A DNA stretch of 63,661 nucleotides, filler included. It is 10 parts of 10 records of this genome, joined end to end, with 100 filler letters (N's around TTAATTAATTAA, not from the genome) between each part and the next. Parts side by side here need not be neighbours in the genome. Positions count along the whole stretch, not along the records: positions 35,112 to 40,645 come from SRR31156797_61117; positions 40,746 to 46,210 come from SRR31156797_61183; positions 46,311 to 51,397 come from SRR31156797_61235; 7 more parts are not named here. One strand, written 5' to 3'. Both the position numbers and the translations under genes were made by a program. The notes beneath the pieces were generated by a model. It saw nothing but the letters and a program-made list of their open reading frames with translations, did no database searches and was not told the origin of the DNA. Positions 37,788-47,771 of the stretch are shown one piece after another. Numbering within the stretch: the first letter of the stretch is position 1; every line of letters starts with the position of its first letter.

Positions 37788-40235
37788 ATGGCGGACAAAT
37801 ATTTATGCATCCACGGCCACTTTTATCAGCCCCCCAGGGAAAATCCCTGGCTGGGGATAATAGAGGACCAACCGTCGGCCCGTCCTTTTCATGACTGGAA
37901 CGAACGCATTACCAGGGAGTGCTACGCTCCCAACCTTCGCGCCAGGTTGCTGGACGAAGGCCGAATCGCCCGTCTGGTCAATAATTATCAATATATGAGC
38001 TTCAATTTCGGCCCGACCCTTCTCGCCTGGATGGCCGAAGCCAACCCCGGTGTATACAAGGACATACTGGCCGCGGACCATATAGGAGCGCAGAGAAACA
38101 ATGGACACGGCGCCGCCCTGGCCCAGGTTTACAACCATATCATTATGCCGCTGGCCAATGAAAGGGACGCCCTGATCCAGATCCGGTGGGGACTAAGGGA
38201 TTTTCAAAGCCGATTTGGAAGAAAAGCCGAAGGAATGTGGCTTTCGGAAACGGCCGCCAATACCGAAACCCTGAAACTCCTGGCCATGGAAGGATTGAAA
38301 TTCACCATACTGGCGCCTGACCAGGCCTGGAAAATAAGGCCCATGAATAATGACCCGGAATCCGGCGTTCCGTCTTCCGAGAATGACTGGGAGGATGTCA
38401 GCGGAGGCCGGGTGGATCCCAGACGCCCATACCGGGTGTTTTTAAATGAGACTAAAGATTTATATATTGATGTGTTTTTCTATGACGGACCGACTTCCAG
38501 GGCCATTGCCTATGAAAAACTATTGGCTTCGGGCTCCGGGTTTCTATCTCGCATTCAACAGGCTTTCGGAAGCGAAACGCAATGGCCGCGACTGGTCAAC
38601 CTGGCCACGGACGGGGAGTCTTACGGGCATCACTTTCAGTTCGGCGACATGGCCCTGGCCTGGGTTTTTGACCAGTTGGAAAAGGACCAATCGATCAAGG
38701 TCGTCAATTACGGATATTACCTGGAAATGTTCCCCCCGACACATGAAGCCCTTATCGTGGAGAACAGCTCGTGGAGCTGCGCCCACGGCGTGGAAAGGTG
38801 GCGTTCCAACTGCGGCTGCCATACAGGGGGAGAGGAAGGATGGAGCCAGCAGTGGCGGGTGCATTTAAGGGAAGGGCTTGACTGGCTCAGGGACCGGTTG
38901 ATTCAAATTTTCGAGGAAAAGGGCGGGGAATTGTTCCGGGATCCATGGCAGGCCAGGGATGATTTCATATCGGTGTTGCTCGATCCTTCCCATGAAGCCC
39001 GGGAAGCATTTTTGATCAAACACGCAGCCGTAAAACTGGATGAAAAGAAAAAGACCCAAGCTTTGAGCCTGATGGAATCCCAGTTGATGTCCTTATACAT
39101 GTTCACCAGTTGCGGCTGGTTTTTTGACGACATTGCCGGCCTGGAGCCTGTCCAGAACATGCGGTACGCGGCCAGGGCCATATATCTGGTAAAGGATTGG
39201 ATAAAAGGCCTGGAAGAGGGGCTTTTATCTCATTTGGCGCAGGCGCAAGTTAATTCAGATGAGTTCACAGACGGCGCGGATGTGTACAAAAGAAAAGCTC
39301 TTTCCGCCCAAATCGGCCCTTCCCGTATTGTAGCCCATTATGCTTTTCGAACCCTGGTTGAAGATGCGGCTGAAGAAAAGTGTTTCCAGGCCAAATCGGT
39401 CCGCCCATTAAAACACCGGCGATTCAGTGAATCGGGACTGACGGCTTTTTTCGGCGAAGCGGAAATTATGGATGACAGAACCGGTAAAAAGTACATTCGA
39501 AGCTTCATGTCCCTGCAATATGGCGGCGCCGGGCTGGCCTGCCTGGTTTCAGCCGGCGCCGGCCTTGATATTGACGCCATGTCGGTAGATATAAAACCGG
39601 CCCTGGAAGAGGCGTCATCGGTTCGAATAATTGAAGCCTGCGGCAGGCATCTGCCAAATGCACAGAATTTCAGTTTGGACGATCTCATACCCGACAGTCG
39701 AAACAGCTTGGTCCGTAAACTGGCCAAAGGATTTTTTAACGGTTTACGGGAATGGGTCATGGATAATTATTCGGCTCATCGGGAGGTTTTGTCCCTGTAC
39801 CGGGAATCCGGAGAACCGGCGCCGTACATAGAAAATTTCCTTTTTCGAACATTGATAAGCGACCGGCTAACCCGCCTTGTGAGTGAAGAAAGCGGCCCGG
39901 TTGACTTGGAAGCCTTGAGCGCTTTGGGCAGACAAGCCCGTGACTGGGGGGTCAGCCCGGATGAACCTTTTCTGACCAGGATGGTTTCAACGTTTTTAAG
40001 AACCCGCTTTGAGCGGCTTAACAGAAATACGGGCAGGGTTGAAATAGATGAGCTTGTCGGCCTTCTTCGCCTGATAAAAAAATATTCAATAAGCCAGAAC
40101 ATGTGGGAAAGTCAGAATCTCTTTTACGACCTTTATTCCAATCCCCGGTTCAGGGAGGAATTATCCGCGGAGCTTAAAGCCGGTTACGCCCTGCTCGGCC
40201 GCGAGTTGGGATTTACTTACTTTGACAAGCCCTGA
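37788..40235 (+). CDS. Glycoside hydrolase family 57 protein with DUF3536
   Basis: IHGHFYQPPRENPW, GMWLSE, ATDGESYGHH, SWSCAHGVERW and MFTSCGWFFD motifs. Confidence 0.88.
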   Translation: MADKYLCIHGHFYQPPRENPWLGIIEDQPSARPFHDWNERITRECYAPNLRARLLDEGRIARLVNNYQYMSFNFGPTLLAWMAEANPGVYKDILAADHIGAQRNNGHGAALAQVYNHIIMPLANERDALIQIRWGLRDFQSRFGRKAEGMWLSETAANTETLKLLAMEGLKFTILAPDQAWKIRPMNNDPESGVPSSENDWEDVSGGRVDPRRPYRVFLNETKDLYIDVFFYDGPTSRAIAYEKLLASGSGFLSRIQQAFGSETQWPRLVNLATDGESYGHHFQFGDMALAWVFDQLEKDQSIKVVNYGYYLEMFPPTHEALIVENSSWSCAHGVERWRSNCGCHTGGEEGWSQQWRVHLREGLDWLRDRLIQIFEEKGGELFRDPWQARDDFISVLLDPSHEAREAFLIKHAAVKLDEKKKTQALSLMESQLMSLYMFTSCGWFFDDIAGLEPVQNMRYAARAIYLVKDWIKGLEEGLLSHLAQAQVNSDEFTDGADVYKRKALSAQIGPSRIVAHYAFRTLVEDAAEEKCFQAKSVRPLKHRRFSESGLTAFFGEAEIMDDRTGKKYIRSFMSLQYGGAGLACLVSAGAGLDIDAMSVDIKPALEEASSVRIIEACGRHLPNAQNFSLDDLIPDSRNSLVRKLAKGFFNGLREWVMDNYSAHREVLSLYRESGEPAPYIENFLFRTLISDRLTRLVSEESGPVDLEALSALGRQARDWGVSPDEPFLTRMVSTFLRTRFERLNRNTGRVEIDELVGLLRLIKKYSISQNMWESQNLFYDLYSNPRFREELSAELKAGYALLGRELGFTYFDKP

Positions 40236-40310
40236 AAACAAGACACACACAAATCTCACCATTAAACCGAACGTCTCCGATTATCCAGGAGCGGCGGACG
40301 GGAGATAAAA

Positions 40311-40645
40311 ATGATTAATCTGGTAATGGCGCTTCATTGCCACCAGCCAATCGGAAATTTTGACAAGGTTTTTGAACAGGCCCACGAAGAATGCTACCGG
40401 CCGGTGTTGGATCTTCTGGACAGGCATCCGGGCATCAAGGCCGGGATGCACTTTTCCGGCTGTCTGCTTGAGTGGTTGGAGGAAAACAAATCCGGGACAA
40501 TCGACATGCTGGCGGCCATGGTCGACCGCGGCCAGTTGGAAATGCTTTCCGGAGGCTTCTATGAGCCGCTTCTGGCAACCATCCCGGAAGACGACGCCCG
40601 AGGTCAGGTCGAAATGTTGAACGAATATATAGAACGCCGCATGGG
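40311..40645 (+). CDS. GH57 alpha-amylase / 4-alpha-glucanotransferase (3' truncated)
   Basis: ALHCHQPIGNF, HFSGCLLEWL and GGFYEPLL motifs. Confidence 0.82.
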
Positions 40646-40745
40646 NNNNNNNNNNNNNNNNNNNNNNNNNNNNNNNNNNNNNNNNNNNNTTAATTAATTA
40701 ANNNNNNNNNNNNNNNNNNNNNNNNNNNNNNNNNNNNNNNNNNNN
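40646..40745. other. Artificial contig spacer
   Basis: N44-TTAATTAATTAA-N44. Confidence 0.99.
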
Positions 40746-40834
40746 AAAGAAATCCTGGATTGCTGACAGATTTTATGGATGAAGAGTACGATAAATCCTG
40801 TATAGCCGGATGAGATTCATAATGAAGGCAGGAC

Positions 40835-41488
40835 TCAGGTGCCGAAACCTGAGGCTTTTTCTGCGTCGGCTTTGAGTTCCATCAAATACTTCTCCAGCCT
40901 GGCCTTCACGTTATCAAACTCCTTTATCGGGATCTGCGGAACCGCCCGCCGAACAAAGACAACCTCCTCCCCCCGGCAGTGAGCCACCCAGCGATTAAAC
41001 CCCTTTTCACACTCCATTCCGAAATCGACCCCGGGAACCAGAAACCGGAACACCGTCTCGGTATACAGGCCCCCGCTGCGCCCACCGGCAAGCAGGAGAT
41101 TGTAGGCATAGTCACTTATTGAAAAATGACCTTCCTCCCGATCCTTAGTAATCCCGCAGTATATCATTCCCGATTTACAACCCTTCCGGGTAAAATAACT
41201 CTCTTCGTTTCCGATCTTATAGAGCTCTCTCAACTCCTGAATTCGTGCGTCGACGGCCTCTGCGGTACCAATCGTCTCCAGGACTTCCCTGTTCAGCGGT
41301 TCCTGACATTCAAGGTTCTCCACAAACTTCATCCCCCGCTCTTCCCCATAAACCCGGAAGGCCTTCTGCCGGTTCCCGGCCTGCCTGAGAGCGAACCAAC
41401 CCACAAGAACAAGGAGAACCGCGGCCACGGAAAAGGCTGTGACTTTGTTTGAGATGATCAGGTTAATGATATTCCGGATGAGTTCCAT
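40835..41488 (-). CDS. Hypothetical protein with N-terminal membrane anchor
   Basis: 217-aa ORF with one hydrophobic helix and a GAGGGG RBS. Confidence 0.6.
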   Translation of the reverse strand: MELIRNIINLIISNKVTAFSVAAVLLVLVGWFALRQAGNRQKAFRVYGEERGMKFVENLECQEPLNREVLETIGTAEAVDARIQELRELYKIGNEESYFTRKGCKSGMIYCGITKDREEGHFSISDYAYNLLLAGGRSGGLYTETVFRFLVPGVDFGMECEKGFNRWVAHCRGEEVVFVRRAVPQIPIKEFDNVKARLEKYLMELKADAEKASGFGT

Positions 41489-41544
41489 GTGAGTTTACCC
41501 CTCTTTTTTATAGTCCTTCTGAAATCCCGCTTAGGAAAAATGCT

Positions 41545-41572
41545 TTGCTTTTAGAGACGCGCTTATTATAAT
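41545..41572 (+). promoter_or_regulatory. Sigma70 promoter abutting a start codon (probable leaderless mRNA)
   Basis: TTGCTT-N16-TATAAT-N6-ATG(41579); no Shine-Dalgarno. Confidence 0.6.
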
Positions 41573-41578
41573 GCGCAT

Positions 41579-42091
41579 ATGGAAATAAAGCACTATCCTG
41601 ATATCACATCAGCCGTTGAACTGGCCCGGCAAACCTTCCTGCGGGAAGATAATTTCTATGGATGTGCGGAAACAACCTACTTCACCCTCAAACACATTTT
41701 CAAATTGAAAGCGCCAGAGGAAACTGCGGCCGCCATGGTCCTGAATGGCGGGATCGCCTACTCCGGGTCGACCTGCGGAGCCCTGACGGGCGCGGCAATG
41801 GCCCTGGGGGAGCTGGCGGAGAAACGTATAGGCGATCATCGCAAGGCCAAACGGACGGCTCGCAAGCTGGAGATGGAACTCATGAAGGACTTCAGGAAAC
41901 GGTTCGGCAGTGAGAACTGTCTGGATTTAATCGAGCTGGATATCTCCCGGCAGGACGATCACGACCGCTTTATTGAAAGCGGAATATGGCGAACCCGCTG
42001 CATGGAACAAATCGAATATACGGTGAAATCCCTTTTTCCTCTAGGGGATCCTGAGCACTGGAAAAAAGAAACCGAAAGGGTAAACAAATGA
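41579..42091 (+). CDS. C-GCAxxG-C-C family putative redox-active protein
   Basis: GCAE, STCGALTG, SENCLDL and RTRC motifs. Confidence 0.85.
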   Translation: MEIKHYPDITSAVELARQTFLREDNFYGCAETTYFTLKHIFKLKAPEETAAAMVLNGGIAYSGSTCGALTGAAMALGELAEKRIGDHRKAKRTARKLEMELMKDFRKRFGSENCLDLIELDISRQDDHDRFIESGIWRTRCMEQIEYTVKSLFPLGDPEHWKKETERVNK

Positions 42092-45000
42092 AAAAGACTT
42101 TTCTCCTCGGAGCGTTGGCACTCCTGTTCCTGACCAGCTGTCCACCGCCGGATGACTCGATTCCCGTGGAAGGGATTTCAATAACACCGGAAACACTCAC
42201 CCTCCGAATATCGGAAACAGGACAACTGACAGCCGAAATCCAGCCCGCCGAAGCAGGCAACACCGATTACGGCTGGCGGTCTGAAAACGAGTCAGTGGCG
42301 AAGGTGGACGCATCCGGGCTTGTAACCGCCGTGGCCGAGGGGTCGGCAAAGATCACAGCCGTCACCGCCGGGGAATCGTTTACCGCGGCCTGCACGGTCA
42401 CCGTGGAACCCGCTGCGGAGAACGATGACAGTGATGATGACAGCGGAGACGTCGGCGGCAACGGAGAAACGGAGCCGGAAACTATAGCTGTAACTGGCGT
42501 GAGTTTGAATGCAACTTATCAATCAATGGAGGAAGGTGAAACTTTCCAGCTCCTTGCCACAATTGCTCCGGAAAACGCTTCCAATAAAACGGTAGTATGG
42601 AGCTCTGCCGAACCGGAGGCGGTATCCGTGGACCAGGAAGGTCTGGTCACCGCCCTGCAGCCCCGAAGAACCATAGACATCACCGTAAAAACCGAGGACG
42701 GGGAAAAAACGGCCACCTGTTCAATATCCACCAATCCTTCGTCAACGGTTATCCCGGCGGAAAGCCTGACTCTCAACTATGAGACTCTGAGCCTGGAGGT
42801 GGAAGAGACGGCTCAACTGAACACAACGGTCCTGCCGGAGAACACCACCGACACATCCGTCTCCTGGCTCTCTTTAAGTACCGATATTGTGTCAGTGGAT
42901 GAAAACGGCCTTATAACCGGCGTCTCCGCAGGCGCTGCAACGATTTACGCGTTTTCAGCCACGACCGGAGTGGAGGCTCACTGTCTGGTGACCGTTCAGC
43001 AGACAGGGACCTCGGAGACAGGAATATCCATCCAGGCCGAAGCCGCTGTTGTGGATGGAGAAAACCTCACCATCCCTGTTTTTATAGACGGTGTACAGGC
43101 CTCCTATCTGCTTTACAACGCAGCAACAGACGATAACACTATAGCCGGCTGCTCCGTCAGCTATTCCGGATTAAGCATCTTTGCCAACAGCCCCGGAGAA
43201 ACAGAGATAACCGTTACAACTACTGACGGAGCAGATTCCGCCGTCTGCCGGGTCACAGTACTGCCGCAGCCGGTCACCGGTATCAGCCTGGATCAAACGG
43301 AGACTTCAGTTCTTATGGGGGAGCTGTTTCAGCTTTCCGCGGCAATTGAACCGGTTAACGCCACCAACGGGGCCTACTCCTGGTCCTCCTCTAATCCGGA
43401 AGTTGCCTCGGTGAACGGCGGCTGGGTCAACCCAAGAAACGAAGGCTCCGCAATCATCACGGCAACATCCGAGGAGGGAGAGTTCTCAGCTTCCTGCATT
43501 GTCACGGTATCAAGCATCCCTGCCACGGGGATACTACTCTCTTCCGAAAGTCTCACCTTCTTCCACGGTGAAACCATTCCCATTGGTGTCACCTTTTTAC
43601 CGACCAACGCCTCCAACGACATTCCGGTCTGCACCTCGGATAATGAAGACTCCGTTGGAGTATCCGTCGATTACCAGGGAAGATTATCCATCTTCGGCCG
43701 CCTGCCGGGCAGCGGGACAGTTACGGTAACAAACGCTAAAAATGAAGTGTCCGCTGTCTGCGAGGTCACGGTTGAACCGGTGGAGGTAACGGGAATAGAA
43801 TTGGGCGTTAGTGTTCTGGAACTACAGAAAGGCTCAAGCAGTACCATATCTGTCACGATTCTACCCTCCAACGCCTCCGATCAGACATTGGAGTGGGAAT
43901 CTTCCGATGAATATGTCGTCTGGCCGAACAACGGACGCCCCTGGGCCTACCACGGAGGCACAGCGGTTGTCACCGCCCGTTCCGTCTCCAACCCGGAAGT
44001 GGCAGCCTCCTGTACCGTGACCGTCCTCGCACCGGTCACAGGGGTTTCGGCGGACGGACTTCTGAGCCTGCCCCTGGGAAGTACAGGACAACCGACGGTT
44101 TCTGTTTCACCGGCCGACGCCTCGGATAAATCGGTCACCTATTCCATAGCCGATCCGGATATTGCAACAGTCACCATTGACGGAACTGTAACGGCATTGA
44201 GTGAGGGAAAAACCGATCTGACAATCACCACGGCGGACGGCGGGCTTGAAGCCGTCTGCACCGTGGAGGCGGGAACGCCGGATATCCTGCCGGTGAACTC
44301 CTGGGCAGAGAGTCAGTCGGGCGGCAGCTCCTTCGGCGTCCCCGGCGATCTGATCGACATCTCCACAGTTTTTTACAACGGAGGAAGCTGCCGGGCAGAT
44401 GGAACAGAGATCGGCCTGGCCTACTACATCTCTGAAGATTCAGAGGTCACCACCGCCGACACCCTTCTTCTGGAGAGTTCAGTAGATATCGCCATTCCGA
44501 CGGCGGAAACCCAGACGGTAATCCGAACGATTACGGTCCCGGCACTGGATTTCGGGGTCTACCACATCGGCTGCATTGTCGATACAGAAAACGAGTTGCC
44601 GGAGAAAGACGAAATAAACAACACGACGGACTCAAGCGCCACGGCCCTCTTCACCCTGGTGGAGGACGAGGCGCCAGCCTCCTCCGGAGCCTTCAAGATC
44701 GTCAACTCCTGGGGAACAGGCGGCTGGGAGCATACTGCCGACGGCCACTACTGGGTGGATTACGAATCGGCCAAATCTCTGGAATTGGAACTCTACTACT
44801 ACCATGTCAATTTCGACGAGGTCTATGAGCCGAGTCTTTTGGCGGTTTACCAGGTCTCCCACCCCGAGCGCGGGGAGTGCCGGATATCCTTCGGCCTGGG
44901 GGATCCTGCCGATCCTTTTATTGAAAAACATTTCCAGGATATAACCTTCTCCGCCGGAGAGGTAACGGCCAACCCCTTCCCGAACAACAAAATCGCCCTG

Positions 45001-46185
45001 GACATTACCGAGTTCGCCGCCTTTATCAACGACTATGACCTTTTTATGCGGGTTAACAACCTGGACGGCGAAGGGGGTGAGGTCCTCTCCTGTTCCGTTG
45101 AATTCTACTCCGACTTTGATACCGCACCCTTCCGGACCCTGAGTGTTTCCGGCGGCACCTTCCCGGCCCAGACCGAAACCCTCTTTACAATTGAAACCGC
45201 CGGCAGCCTGACCGCAGGCGAAGAAGAATCCCTGGAGCGTTCGGTTCGCGCCGCCTACACAGCCCTTACCCTGACCGAAGAGTCCCCCGATCCGGCGGAG
45301 CTTGCGGTGGATAAGGCGGCCTTCGGTGTTTATGAAGAGGGGAAAAACTACAACGCCATCGTCAACGGCCGGGGAACGGGTCTGGTGCCGCCGACCGAAG
45401 AGGAGTGGGCCTCGATGGTAAAACTCCGGACTTCCTCCTCAAGTCTGATGCGGGGCCTTATCCCCAATTCTGTGGACAATTCAAACTCCATATACTTTCC
45501 CCCGATTGGTGACCAGGGACAGGAAGGCTCCTGCGCCGCCTGGTCTGTCGGCTACTACATCCAGACCTACAACGAGGCCCGCAGAAGGGGCTGGGATTTA
45601 AGTGCTGTGAACTGGATCTCCAACTATCCGGACTCCGGAGAACCTGACGGGGAGATGGATAAAATTATTAGCCCCGAGTTCCTCTATCATCTGCTCAACA
45701 GAGGCTGGGACAACGGCATCTCTACCGTCGGTGCCGTGAACTTTGCCACCCGGATCGGCGGAGCCACTTGGAATAATGCCCCATACGAAGCCCCCGCTTC
45801 CAACAGCTCCGGCATCAGTAACGAAGTTACCTCCTGGCCTTCGGAAACCGCCTTCCGAAACGCCGGCCGCTACCGGGGGAGCGAGGCGATGAACGCGGGA
45901 ACCTTCAACTACCAGTCTGCGGGCTACTTTCAGCTGAAAACAGATGAGGATATCAAACTTTTGAAAACTCTTCTGGCGGCGGGCTACTGCGTCACGACTT
46001 CCGTCAGGGCCCAGACGGTAGTCGATCCGGATAATCCCGATTCCTGGTCCGGGATGTATAACGAGATGAACGGTTTTGACACCCTTCGCCTCTATGATCG
46101 CGGCCCGGTCAATGAAGACCACGCCAACACCATCGTCGGGTTCAAGGAGGGAGCGGCCTGGGATTTTGAAAACCCGGAGAATTAG
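42088..46185 (+). CDS. Surface lipoprotein with Ig-like (Big_2) repeats, a CARDB-like domain and a circularly permuted papain-family (C1A) cysteine peptidase
   Basis: Lipobox LTSC; repeated V.GISL...P.NA...W.SS...VA.VD..G.VTA units; FKIVNSWG (N873), GDQGQEGSCAAW (C1149) and DHANTIVGF (H1345). Confidence 0.8.
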   Translation: MKKTFLLGALALLFLTSCPPPDDSIPVEGISITPETLTLRISETGQLTAEIQPAEAGNTDYGWRSENESVAKVDASGLVTAVAEGSAKITAVTAGESFTAACTVTVEPAAENDDSDDDSGDVGGNGETEPETIAVTGVSLNATYQSMEEGETFQLLATIAPENASNKTVVWSSAEPEAVSVDQEGLVTALQPRRTIDITVKTEDGEKTATCSISTNPSSTVIPAESLTLNYETLSLEVEETAQLNTTVLPENTTDTSVSWLSLSTDIVSVDENGLITGVSAGAATIYAFSATTGVEAHCLVTVQQTGTSETGISIQAEAAVVDGENLTIPVFIDGVQASYLLYNAATDDNTIAGCSVSYSGLSIFANSPGETEITVTTTDGADSAVCRVTVLPQPVTGISLDQTETSVLMGELFQLSAAIEPVNATNGAYSWSSSNPEVASVNGGWVNPRNEGSAIITATSEEGEFSASCIVTVSSIPATGILLSSESLTFFHGETIPIGVTFLPTNASNDIPVCTSDNEDSVGVSVDYQGRLSIFGRLPGSGTVTVTNAKNEVSAVCEVTVEPVEVTGIELGVSVLELQKGSSSTISVTILPSNASDQTLEWESSDEYVVWPNNGRPWAYHGGTAVVTARSVSNPEVAASCTVTVLAPVTGVSADGLLSLPLGSTGQPTVSVSPADASDKSVTYSIADPDIATVTIDGTVTALSEGKTDLTITTADGGLEAVCTVEAGTPDILPVNSWAESQSGGSSFGVPGDLIDISTVFYNGGSCRADGTEIGLAYYISEDSEVTTADTLLLESSVDIAIPTAETQTVIRTITVPALDFGVYHIGCIVDTENELPEKDEINNTTDSSATALFTLVEDEAPASSGAFKIVNSWGTGGWEHTADGHYWVDYESAKSLELELYYYHVNFDEVYEPSLLAVYQVSHPERGECRISFGLGDPADPFIEKHFQDITFSAGEVTANPFPNNKIALDITEFAAFINDYDLFMRVNNLDGEGGEVLSCSVEFYSDFDTAPFRTLSVSGGTFPAQTETLFTIETAGSLTAGEEESLERSVRAAYTALTLTEESPDPAELAVDKAAFGVYEEGKNYNAIVNGRGTGLVPPTEEEWASMVKLRTSSSSLMRGLIPNSVDNSNSIYFPPIGDQGQEGSCAAWSVGYYIQTYNEARRRGWDLSAVNWISNYPDSGEPDGEMDKIISPEFLYHLLNRGWDNGISTVGAVNFATRIGGATWNNAPYEAPASNSSGISNEVTSWPSETAFRNAGRYRGSEAMNAGTFNYQSAGYFQLKTDEDIKLLKTLLAAGYCVTTSVRAQTVVDPDNPDSWSGMYNEMNGFDTLRLYDRGPVNEDHANTIVGFKEGAAWDFENPEN

Positions 46186-46210
46186 CCTCCCCGGCCGGGG
46201 TTTATTTTGC

Positions 46211-46310
46211 NNNNNNNNNNNNNNNNNNNNNNNNNNNNNNNNNNNNNNNNNNNNTTAATTAATTAANNNNNNNNNNNNNNNNNNNNNNNNNNNNNNNNNN
46301 NNNNNNNNNN
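46211..46310. other. Artificial contig spacer
   Basis: N44-TTAATTAATTAA-N44. Confidence 0.99.
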
Positions 46311-46493
46311 CCGATCATTTATTTTTGCCATAAGGAGTTTTCATTCTTCCGGATCTGTTTTATGATGCGTGTTCAAATTTGATAAGAAATGGCCGTGTAA
46401 CCCAAAGAAACTTGATTTATGGAAAACAGGCCCTATAATAAGAGGAACCCCGGCGGAAAGGGGGAACTCGGAATCTCCGGAGAAGAATTGTAT

Positions 46494-47771
46494 ATGACTA
46501 AATGTTTGAGTCTCATCCTGGGCGGCGGCAAGGGGACGCGACTGTACCCTCTTACCAAGGAAAGGGCCAAGCCCGCCGTACCCTTCGGAGGAAAATACCG
46601 TCTGGTGGACATCCCCATCTCCAACTGCATCAACTCGGGGATCCGCAATATATTCGTACTGACCCAGTTCAACACGGCCTCCCTCCACTTCCATATCAGC
46701 AGCACCTACCGCTTCGATGTGTTTACCGGAGGATTTATCGAAGTTCTGGCGGCGGAGCAGACCTTTACCAACAGTGACTGGTACATGGGAACCGCAGACG
46801 CGGTGCGCAAGAACGTTTTCCATCTGCGGAACCAGGAAGCCACGCATTATATGATCCTCTCGGGGGACCAGCTCTACAGGATGGACCTTAAGGACTTCTT
46901 CAGCAGGCATCTGGAGAGCGGAGCCGACGTCACCATCGCCGCGACCCCGGTCATCCGCAAGGACGCGGATCAGCTGGGCATCCTCCATATGGACAGGAAG
47001 GGCGATATCGACAGCTTCCTGGAGAAACCGGGACCCCAAAAGAATATCGATGATCATAAGATCCCCGACGGCATCAAGAAAAAAGAAGGGATAGCCCCCC
47101 AGAGGGACTATCTGGCCTCCATGGGCATCTACATCTTCAACGCCGACGCCCTTCACAGGGGACTGGATAACGACTTCACCGATTTCGGCAAGGAAGTCAT
47201 CCCCATGATGATCAGAGACTTCAATGTGAGGGCCCATGTTTACAAGGGCTACTGGGAGGACATCGGAACCATCAAAAACTTCTTCGATGCCAACCTGAAC
47301 CTGGCCACTCCCCGCCCCTTCTTCAACCTCTACGATATGGATTATCCCATCTACACCCATAGACGGGACCTGCCCCCTTCCAGAATCAACTCCTGTCACT
47401 TCCACAGGGCTCTGGCCACCGAGGGCTCCATCATCAACGGCGAGTCGGTGGTGGACTCCCTTGTGGGCGCGAGGACCTTTATCCACAAAGGGGCCACCCT
47501 GGACCATGTCTACGCCATGGGAGCCGATGTCTATGAGACCGTAAGAGACAAGGAGATCAACGCCGCCATGGGCCGTCCCAATCTGGGAGTCGGTCCGGGA
47601 ACGCAGATCAGGCGCTGTATCATCGACAAGGGCGTGCGCATAGGACAGGACTGCCGCATCGGTATGGATGACAAGCCTCTGGCCGACTACGATGGTGAGA
47701 ACTACTTCGTAAGAGACGGGATCATCATCATACCGAAGAAGGCTATCATTCCCGACGGCACGGTCATCTGA
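46494..47771 (+). CDS. glgC: Glucose-1-phosphate adenylyltransferase
   Basis: ILGGGKGTRLYPLT..RAKPAVPFGGKYRL, LSGDQLYRMD, FLEKP and YWEDIGT motifs; likely ATG at 46494. Confidence 0.95.
   Translation: MTKCLSLILGGGKGTRLYPLTKERAKPAVPFGGKYRLVDIPISNCINSGIRNIFVLTQFNTASLHFHISSTYRFDVFTGGFIEVLAAEQTFTNSDWYMGTADAVRKNVFHLRNQEATHYMILSGDQLYRMDLKDFFSRHLESGADVTIAATPVIRKDADQLGILHMDRKGDIDSFLEKPGPQKNIDDHKIPDGIKKKEGIAPQRDYLASMGIYIFNADALHRGLDNDFTDFGKEVIPMMIRDFNVRAHVYKGYWEDIGTIKNFFDANLNLATPRPFFNLYDMDYPIYTHRRDLPPSRINSCHFHRALATEGSIINGESVVDSLVGARTFIHKGATLDHVYAMGADVYETVRDKEINAAMGRPNLGVGPGTQIRRCIIDKGVRIGQDCRIGMDDKPLADYDGENYFVRDGIIIIPKKAIIPDGTVI

Noticed and set aside
41579-42091. C-GCAxxG-C-C protein as a selenoprotein
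   Set aside because: All four motif positions are ordinary Cys codons in an uninterrupted frame.
46494-47771. glgC as part of the glgA/GH57 glycogen cluster
   Set aside because: Two spacers separate them, so they are on different contigs and probably from different organisms.
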